Part shown: piece by piece, positions 54,577-64,000 of the stretch
How the letters are laid out: every line of letters starts with the position of its first letter
Position numbering within the stretch: the stretch's first letter is position 1
NCBI RefSeq assembly: GCF_009914755.1
Contig: NC_060926.1
DNA length: 64,000 nt
Direction: 5' to 3' (one strand)
From: the human T2T-CHM13v2.0 reference genome, Homo sapiens
Position numbers and translations under genes: made by a program
The notes under the pieces: generated by a model
Databases searched by the model: none
Told to the model about the DNA's origin: nothing
What the model saw: only the letters and a program-made list of their open reading frames with translations

Positions 54577-55960
54577 TTACTACTCATATAGATGGGCTTT
54601 GGTTTCATATCAAATCTGACAACCGCCTGTAATTGAGGTGTTTGTAGCATTTACATTTAGTGCGATTATTAACATGATTAGTTTTATGTGTGTCATCTCA
54701 TTATTTTTTTATTTGTCTCATCTATGTTCTTTTCTTCATTTTCTGCCTTTTTCTTTTGATTTTTAATGATCCCTTTGTATCTATTTTGTATATTGCTTCT
54801 TTGTTTGAAATTTACCAGTTGCTTTAAGGATTACAGTATATGTCTTTAATTTATTAGGGTAGCTCTTAAAGTGTTATTATACTGTATTATACCATTTCAC
54901 ATATAGTATAAGAGCTTTACAGTATTATGCTTTATTTTTTTCCCTTTGGCCTTTATGCTATTTTGGTCATTCATTTTATTTATATACATACACGTAATAA
55001 TTCCCACAATACATTGCTAAGTTTGTCTAAACTATCATTTATCTTTTATCCTGATGTAAATAAGTCATATATTTGGCCAGATACTTAAAATTTTTTATGC
55101 TCTTCATTCTTTTTTTGTATACCCATATTTTCATCTGCTATCATTTTTTTTTCTGTCTGAAGGGCTTTCTTTAACATTGCTCCTAGTACAACTTACTTTT
55201 GTATGTCTGCAAAAGACTTATACTTTATTTTTGAAAACTTTTTTTTGAGTATATGTTGGTTAACATCAACTGGGTGTAGAATTCACCATTGACTTTTTTT
55301 TTTCTTTATTTTAGTACTTTAAAGATGCTGTTTAACTTTCTTCTCTACATTGATTCCAAGAAGAATTCTACTGTCTTTAAACTTTATTTTTCTCTATGTA
55401 ACATGATTTGTTTTTCTGGAAACTTTAAAATTTTTCTTTTTATCCCTAGTTTTGAGAAATTTGATTATTATGACTTGGTGAAATTTTTCTTGTTTTCTAC
55501 GCATTGGTGTTTTGGGCTTCTTGGACCTGTGGGTTTACGGTTTTCATCAAATTTGAAACATTTTAGGATATTATTATCTAATATTTATTTTATCTTTTCT
55601 CTCCTCTCTTCAGGCATATTAGGCTGCTTGAAGTTGTCCCATATCTCACTGAAATCTTTTCATTTATTCACTTCTCTATTAATGGATGTGCCATTAATAC
55701 ATCCATGGTATTGCTCATCTCACATATTTGAAAATTGCTTTTGGACCTTGTTATGTCTCCCATATCTCTTCTTCACTTTGTTTATATACAAATTGCAATC
55801 TTATGTTGCTGTATTGTTTCTTGTCTTTAATTCCAACATTTGTGTCATTTTTGAGTCCATTTCAGTTGATAGATCTACTTCTTTTATAAGTCATATTCCC
55901 CTGCTTCTTTACATGCCTAGTATTCTTTGATTGGATGCCAGACATGAATTTTACTTTGTA
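52040..55960 (-). mobile_element. Old L1M body in FSIP2 intron 7
   Basis: T-rich strand with antisense ORF2 motifs (ttttggtatcagggtaatgctggcct; ttattaaaatctctgactat). Confidence 0.75.
54530..54575. repeat. (TG)n microsatellite, ~23 units
   Basis: Uninterrupted TG run read directly. Confidence 0.97.
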
Positions 55961-56797
55961 TACTGAATATTTTTATCTTCTTATAAATATTATTTAGCTT
56001 TTTTGATGTAGATAATTTATTTGGAAACAATTTGATTGTACAGGTCTTGCCTTTTATGATTTGCTGGTGGGGTGAGAGCCATATTTTATCTGGGGCTAGT
56101 TGTTTCCTACTACTGAGTTAAGATCCATCTTAGTACTCTACTCAATGCCCTATGACTCATGAGGTTTTTCCAGTGAAATATTTCTAGGGGGAATAGGCAT
56201 GTTTTCTATCCCTAGATAGGTTGCAGTGACTGTTTTCTCCAGTCCTTTAGGAAGATCTTTACTGTAGTCTTGGGTAGTTTTTTTTACATATGCTAATCCA
56301 TTTTCTTGCTAAATACTGCAAGAACCCTCTAAGAATCTCTGGGGTTCATTCTGTATGGATTTATCTTGTTTCTAGTGCATTCAATACTAGCCCAGAAATT
56401 CACAAAGGGAAGTCACATTTTATGTACTATATTATGTTTACCTCTGGTAGACCTGAGTGATATTTGGTTAAGCCCTCAGGAATCTTCCAATTGAAGATGA
56501 TTAAGAAATTACTTAAACTCACCAGGACAGGTATGAATAAGATACCCTGTCTGATCAGAAACTGAATTAGTTCTCTGATGGTATGTAGAGAGGTAAATTG
56601 CATACATGTTAAATATATTCTTTGTGTTTGATCACAAATGGAAATTTGCCCCTTACTACTCTCTTATTTTTGTACCATTACAAATCAAGACAGGACTGAT
56701 TATCCATTTTCAAAATATTGTCACATTTTAAATGATTTGTTTTACATTTCTAAATGGCAAGTTAATATTAACCAATATATTTTCTTTAATATTGTAG

Positions 56798-56918
56798 AAA
56801 CAAGATCTTCTAGAGAAAAAAATGGCTTATCATTTACAAAAAATGCAAGATACTGGCTTTAACGGAGAAGATATAGGAAAAAATACATTTAAATACAGAG
56901 GTCAAGATGGAACACATG
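56798..56918 (+). CDS. FSIP2: FSIP2 coding exon 8 (KQDLLEKKMAY...GQDGTH)
   Basis: Acceptor ttaatattgtag|, donor CATG|gtgaat, 121 nt, phase 0-1. Confidence 0.88.
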
Positions 56919-57825
56919 GTGAATGTGAGAACATTAAAAGATGATGTAGCTAAGTAGAAAATGATTATCTATGTAAAAATCCTTGTGTAATACTCTGTGT
57001 ATTTACACTTGTTTCTCCCTTTGTGCCAGACATTGTTCTAGGCATTTCTGTAGTATAGTTCAAGTTGAAAAGTAGGCATATATGTAACAATGATAACAAA
57101 TTATAACAATCTCATCAATTGGCTCAGGAGACAGTCTTGCCTGTACTGCATTTGTAACCAACCTCCCTATATTTAAAGTAATTACTAAAATGATACAAAC
57201 TTGTATCTAGGATAACCACTATTATATACCAACATGGTGTTCTATTATGTTGACAACCAGTAAGAAAGGGAGGTAGTACAGAATTAGGAAAAAAAAGAAG
57301 GAAGAAATAAATGAAGAAAGAAAAAATGAAGAAAGTTTCAAAGGAGGAATGGCTTTGTTATGCCCGGCCTCTACCAGCTTCCTTTATTTATAACATTATA
57401 AAATTACAATGGGTTTTTCGCTTCGATATTAGATAAAATTTCATGGCCAGAATGCAAAAATGTAGACTTGTTTTAACTATCTTTGACTGTGTAGTACCAG
57501 GAAAGAAACTGATTATTTTCCATGCAGCTATTGTCATAGTATCTCATCAATCCCATTTCTAGGTCAGAGCTTTCCTGTGTCACTCCAGTAGATTACCAAC
57601 TAGCCTCTGTTGAGTCTTCTTTTTACCTGCCTCAAATCCATTTTGTACTGTCGCTTGCTACATTTAAAACTCTGTTCTCATGGTTTCTTCCTCCACCCTT
57701 AAAGCTATTACCTATTAAATGAAGCTCAGACTGCTTCAGCAAGCATTTATCAGCATCTAGAGTTCAGTCTTCACCTAACTTTTCAACTTTATTTTACACT
57801 ACATCCTTGAAGATGGCAGCTATGA

Positions 57826-58020
57826 TCTAGTGGTGATATGCACAGGCTCTGGAATTGGACTGTGGAAGTCCAATCCTGTTTCATCATTTTCTAGCGATGT
57901 TATGGCTTGGGCAAATTATTTAACCTCCCTAAGCCAGTTTCGTTATCTGCAAATGAAGATAATACTCCTAGATAATTCCTATAAAGAGTGTAAAAATTCT
58001 AGCATATAGTAAGAACTTAA
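57826..58020 (+). mobile_element. MIR
   Basis: Core ttgggcaaattatttaacctccctaagccagtttcgttatctgcaaatgaagataata. Confidence 0.75.
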
Positions 58021-59267
58021 TTTATTTTGTTGTTTAGTTAAATTAGACTACTGATCATTCCTAAAACACATGTTACCTTTCCGACTTCTCTGCCTCTCTG
58101 TATCCAATTTTTCTCAATTTAGAATGACCTGATTACCGTCTCCATTTATCAAAATCCTACAGTTCTTTAAGCCCCACTGTAAATTACATGCCAAAAAGTC
58201 ATTGTTGATAACCCTAACTGGAAGGTCCCTTTTCTGTGAATCTCTCAAGTAGTTTGCACCACTTTTAATTCACTTATTACATACTTCCCGCTGTCTTAAT
58301 CATTTATAATAGTAAACTCCCACCTTTGTATTCAATAGAACACCATGCAAAGCATATACACTAAGTACACGTTTGCTAAATTGATTAATTCTATCTGTTT
58401 AGTTCATTGAGGCAATGACAGCAATATCATGCCTCAGATATGAAATCACTTCAGTAACTATAAAAATTCCTACATCTTCATTAACTTTCTCATATAGTAG
58501 GAATAATTTCTGTAGCTTAAACATTTGTTATTTAGATACACTGTTGAAGAAGAAGTAGTATGAAAATGAGTTTAATTTATATTATCAAAGAGTCAGAATA
58601 GAAAGAATATCCATGGCACAAATTAAATTGAATTATACCACTATGGTAATGTTGTTATCTTCCAACAAGTAAACAACTTCTAGTGGGACAGAGAAAGTAA
58701 AAGAAAGGAAGTATCAGAAGAATCTGCTCAGTGATCAGTGAATGGGGAAACAGATCACTCTTATAGTTTACATCTCTAATAACAGCCCCTTGAGCACACA
58801 TGCAGTGAGGACCTTTTGCCACCTTAATAGTTAGAAAAGCAAAACTACAATTACATTTATTACAAAGAAGGGAATATATATGTGCATTTGCTTATGCCAG
58901 GCAGCAAGGCATATCCAAGAATTACAGCAGTCACTGTGGACTGCTGAGTCTTCAGCCCAGCCACTATGTTGTTATGCACCCAGATGGAAAATGACATGTT
59001 TCAGTTGAGCCAGGTGCAGATTTCCTTTTCTGCTAGAAAAACATTCTATCCCTCCAAATGTATCTTTTAATATTAAGGGATAATATTTCAAGAATTGTCT
59101 TTTCTCCCATTTCACATCACTGTATCTTCTCCAATTTCTCTCGCAATCCCACATACAGATTAGCATATAGTTCAGCTCCTCTTGGGCATAAAAGGATAAG
59201 TAGTCTATCTTGGGTAATTCTGTCATCATCATAAGTAAAAATAAATGTTTTATTATATTTCTTTAAG

Positions 59268-59354
59268 CTTCTCCAAAGAATAAAAAGAAGACTTCTGAAG
59301 ATATAATGTTAGTTTATCCTGCTGGAGACCAGAATACATATAAAGAAACACATG
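59268..59354 (+). CDS. FSIP2: FSIP2 coding exon 9 (ASPKNKKKTSEDIM...YKETH); gene continues beyond the window
   Basis: Acceptor tttctttaag|, donor CATG|gtaatt, 87 nt, phase 1-1, continues the exon 8 frame. Confidence 0.85.
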
Positions 59355-60919
59355 GTAATTGAATATTGTGACAAGAAACACTAGATACTAAACAATAATT
59401 TGGGGGAAAGACAGTTTTGTAACAACTTTTTTCACTTAAGTGCAGACAAATCCTGTTTTCTTTTTATCAAATAACTGATTTTGAGTGACGCTTATCAAGA
59501 GCTATGTGGCCTTTATTGCTTTTAGAATTTGATAACCAGATAATTGATTTACTGTTTTGAACCTGACATTATATTATTATTTTAGAAAATTAAATGAAGG
59601 TTATGTTACTATTAAATATATAATACAGCATGCCTACCAACTTGCAGAAAATATTTTTGCGCAAAATAATCTCAGAAAACTCTGAAATATGTCAGAAATT
59701 AAGTATATTTACTCCAGATTCACTGTGGCCTTTAATGTAACATCACTTTATTATCTTTTAACTTATGTTATGTCACTTCATGTTGTTCATTAGAGCTCAT
59801 TGAAAGATTATAAGCCCAAATTACAATATAAAAATCCTCCAAAAAATATTACCAGAGTATGACTGTTCAAAAACTGAACAGTATAACTAATCTCCCATTA
59901 TTAAATTTCAAAGAAAAAATTAACATATAAATGTTAAATTTCTTGGCCTTATTGGTTAAAAAATAAAAGAAATACTGTTTAAAATCTTTTCTTCCCGAGT
60001 ATGCAATTTGCTTAGTTTTCATCAAGAGTCTGAAATGTTGGAAGAGATAGGGTTGCCTTAGCCTAGGATGTCTTTCTGCCTCAGAATCACTGAGGTTCAG
60101 TTAATTTAACTCCAGAATTCATGGGTCCCATTTTTAAAGTTCAGCTTTTACAACATACCAAAGGATTATTTACAACTGGCAAATTTATGGCAATACCAGC
60201 TCTACATCTTATACTAAATGTAGACAATAAAACTAAGTTATCAATTTCTAAAGCAGTTATCTCAAGCAAACTGATCCTGTAAAAATCTGGTGTTTAATGC
60301 ATCCCAGGCTGATCTTACTGTTGTCAAAGAACCTCAGTGACATTTCAGGAAAGGATGGTCAATGGAAAATATTGTTTTTAGCCTCACTGCAATACCAGTT
60401 TATCGTGACAATTGTCTGGAGAACAGACCTGTAAATTTAATTAAACATGGTTGGGAGAAATATCCTATTGAAAGATGAAATGTAAAGTAATGTGATTCAT
60501 ATCAGAATTGGGTGGAGGGGGTTATGTGTATCTACTCTCTTGTTTCAGTGAAGGGTATGTGAGTCATTGTAGGCTTTTTGTGAATTTTAAAAATACACAG
60601 TAGTGACATCACAAGTCATCATATGTTTTTAGAGGTGCTCCTCTTTCCCACTCACCATAATCAGGTCTTCCTGGTTTCCATTTCATCATTGAGTCATGAG
60701 TGTGAACTCTGTACAGTGTCACATCCTCTATACTCTTATGAGAAATTTGCCCCATACAGTTTTGCAGCTGGTGATTCTCCAAGCAGAGTTTGAAGTCAAT
60801 TTCCTGCTCCAGCTTCTTAGCTTGTCTTTGTATTTTTTCATTCCCAGAAAAGATCTCAAGGCATTTATTTTGGTTTTTAGATTACCCTAAAGCAAAATGG
60901 AACATTTTGTACAATTACA

Positions 60920-61355
60920 TGTATAAACAGATGTATAGATTTGTGTAACCAATATCACAATCATATGTAGAACAGTCCAGCATTCCAGAAATCTCCCTCA
61001 TGCTGTTTATTTGCAGTCACACCCTCCTTCCTCCAACTAATAATCCCAGATTACCTCTGGGATTATTAGTTATGTTACCTCTGGGATTATTATCAAATAG
61101 TAATATGTTCTCATAACTATAGTTCATTTTCTGTTGGAGAGTGTCATATAAATGGAATCATACATTATGTAACTTTATAAAAATGGCTTCTTTTACTCAG
61201 CATAATACCCTGAAATTCATCCAAGTTACAGCATGTGTCAATAGTTTGTTCCTTTCCATTGTATGGATGCACCAGTTTGTTTTTTCATTCTTCAATCAAA
61301 AGAAATTTGAAATTTTGGGTTGTTTCCATGTTCGGGTGATTATGTATTGAATGAC
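60920..61355 (-). mobile_element. Old L1M 3' fragment
   Basis: gtcatataaatggaatcatac...ttttactcagcataataccctgaaattcatccaagtt. Confidence 0.7.
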
Positions 61356-61363
61356 TAGAAGTA

Positions 61364-61678
61364 CAGTTGATGTTTGAACATCAAGGGGTGATAGTTGAAG
61401 TACGGACCCCTTGCACAGTAAAAAAAAACTACATTTAACTTTTGGCTCCCCAGAAACTTACTAACAGCCCACCATTGACCTTACTGAAAACATAAAATGT
61501 CGAGTAACACATATTATGTATGTTATATGTATTATATACTATAATCTTACAATAAAGTAAACTATAGAAAAGAAAATGTTATTAAATTGAAAAAGTCATA
61601 GGAAGAGAAAATGTAATGTATTTACTATTAAGTGAAAATGGATCATCGTTAAGGTCTTCATCCTCATTGTCTTCATGT
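61364..61678. mobile_element. Tigger2-type DNA transposon fragment
   Basis: TA followed by TIR-like cagttgatgtttgaaca; ggatcatcgttaaggtcttcatcctcattgtcttca motif. Confidence 0.7.
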
Positions 61679-61809
61679 CGTAACACCTCTGGCCAGTGGA
61701 AGCACCTTTGTTATAGCTCTAGAGGTATTTTTGGCTTAACCCTAGTGGTCTTTGATAGCTTCCTTGCTACCTGGGAAGACAGGAAGATCCTAGCTTATCT
61801 TGTACAAAT

Positions 61810-63300
61810 CTAGTTGCTTTGGCAACTTTGAAAATATAAAGTGATCATCGATAGCTGGGCCTATTTCTAAACATTCTCTTCCATTCTATTGATGTATTTA
61901 TCTGTCTTTATGCAAATACCTCAATTTTCTTCATTTTTGTGGCTTTATAATAAGTTTTGAAATTTGGCGGTTTGAGTTATCCAATGTTAGTTGTTATACT
62001 AGGTTGACTTGGTTATTCTAGAGCCTTTGCATTTCTATACAAATTTTAAAAACAACTTGCCAATTTTTACAAAATAGCTTGCTGCAATTTTGTTGGGATT
62101 CACTTTTCATTTATTTCTCTCTGTCTAGGACCTCCAGTACAATGTTGAACAGCAGTGGTGATTGTGTACATCTTAATATTGTTCCAAAACATAAGGGAAA
62201 GTGATACATATGAATTAGGATATCAGCTCTAGATATTTAAATATAGCCTTTGTTAGAAAAAGACATCCCCTTTTTTCTTAGTTCACTAAGAAGTTGTATC
62301 ATTAATGGGTGTTGAATTGTATCATACTTTTTCTGTGACTTTGACATAATCACACGAATCTGCTCCTTTTTTCTGTTAATATTATAAATTACTTTGATTT
62401 TTGAATGAATCAAATTACTTTTGATTTTCTTCATTCCTTGGATAAACTCTACTTATTCATAATGCATAATTTTTATTACATATTATAATATATATTATTA
62501 ACATATTTTAATATACTTATATTTATTAAAATTATATTATACAGAAATATATATTCACATATATTTATATTATATTATTTACAGTATATAATATATAAGA
62601 TAATTAACTTTTTTATAATTATAAATAAGTATTAAAATTATAATTTACTATATTTATGATATAATTATGATTACTATATTATTAATATAATGGTCAGTAT
62701 AATATTAATAATATTGTTATATATTATATATATTATATATTATACATAATATTTATTATTTGTTTTGTTTATAATTCTTGCATGTTTGCTCATGGGGGAA
62801 TTGAACGAATTTTTAATTTATTATAATGCCTTGTATATTTTGTATAAAAGTGATTCTGATGTCAGTGTATGAGATAGAAAATGTTCACTCTTCTTCAATT
62901 TCCTGGAAGAGTTTGTGTAAAATTAGCATAATTTCTTGCTTAAATATTTAGCACAATTCAGAGGTGAGGTCACTTGAGTCTAGAGCTTTTTTGTGGAAAG
63001 GTTTAAACCTCATATTCAATTTCTTTGCTACAGGGCTCTTCATATTATCTATTTATTTGTGATGAGACATGATCATTTGGATTTTTCAGAGAATTTGTTC
63101 CTTGTATCTATTTTCAAATTTATTGGCATACATTTTTCATGTATTTCTTTATTATTTCATTTATTAATTATCTGTAAATTCTATTTTGCTGATTTGTGGC
63201 TTTATTTGTTTTTGGCTTATTACTTACTAAATATCTTAATTAGCCAGTTTTTTATTTCATTCTTTCTCTCTCTTTTTATGTTTTTAAAAAATTTTACTTT
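61810..63300 (-). mobile_element. Old L1M ORF2 fragments with an AT-rich low-complexity insert (~62460-62760)
   Basis: Peptide on - YDTIQHPLMIQLLSELRKKG resembles ORF2 RT; ggacctccagtacaatgttgaac motif. Confidence 0.65.
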
Positions 63301-63317
63301 GATATTTATTTTTCTGC

Positions 63318-64000
63318 TAAGTGTTGGCAAGGATGTGAAAGAACTGAAACTCTGATGCACTGCTGATTGATATGTAAAATGGTACAACGACATTGAAAAA
63401 CTGGTTTGGCTTTTTATTTAAGTTAAACCTATATTTACCATGTGACCAGTCACTCAGCTACTAGGTATTTACCCAGTAAAAATGAAAAAAAAAATGTGTT
63501 CACACATGACCTGTACATGAAAGTTCAAAGAAATTTATTATTTATAAATTTTATTTATAATAAAATAAAATTTATATTTATTATAATAAAATAATATAAA
63601 CAAGTAAACTAAATAAATATTTATTTATAAAAACTGGAAACAATCCAAATGTCCATCAACAGGTAAGTGGATAAAAAATTATAGCATAGCCATACAATAG
63701 AATTCTTCTCAGAAATGAAAAAGAAAAGCAATACCATTGATACATGCAACAACGTTGTCCTGAGTGAAAGAAGCCAGGGAAATATGAAATTCTAGAAAGC
63801 GCAAACTAATCTTGAGTTAGTGGTATAGATCAGTGTTGTTGGAGTATGAGAACAGAGAGATGGATAAATCACAAAGTTGCATTAGAAAACTTCTAGGGAT
63901 AATAGACATGTTATCTTGAATGCAGTGATGGTTTCACAGTTGGATACATATTTCCAAGTCAATTAAATAATTAAATAGATACAATTTATTGTACTTTGTA
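63318..64000 (+). mobile_element. Old L1M 3' region, sense orientation
   Basis: aagtgttggcaaggatgtg, ctaggtatttaccca, aaactggaaacaatccaaatgtccatcaacagg motifs. Confidence 0.75.

Noticed and set aside
55289-55930. Longest ORF in the track (213 aa, Phe/Leu-rich)
   Set aside because: T-rich antisense strand of an old L1M; non-ATG start and composition artefact

Overview
AT-rich, repeat-dense primate genomic DNA, most likely human. The right third holds the CpG-island promoter and first nine coding exons of FSIP2 (fibrous sheath interacting protein 2) on the + strand. Translation starts at ATG 41961, and the exons join in frame through GT-AG introns into 359 codons, continuing beyond the window. 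The left ~41 kb is intergenic: a decayed ERV-L provirus end (RNase H/integrase/dUTPase plus MLT2 LTR), L1s, Alus, MaLR and other solo LTRs, and Tigger DNA transposons. I found no convincing new biological system. The most notable observations are: (1) a G6 run that leaves an upstream ATG one base out of frame with FSIP2, so a potential 89-aa N-terminal extension becomes a 162-aa overlapping uORF; (2) three independent 5'-inverted (twin-primed) L1 insertions; (3) a ~64-bp patch copied from a local L1 into the breakpoint of a truncated Tigger; (4) perfect fold-back hairpins; (5) motif similarity between FSIP2 exons 8 and 9. Gene identity and repeat subfamily names come from recognition by eye and need BLAST/RepeatMasker confirmation. 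Repeat boundaries are approximate unless a target-site duplication (TSD) is quoted.
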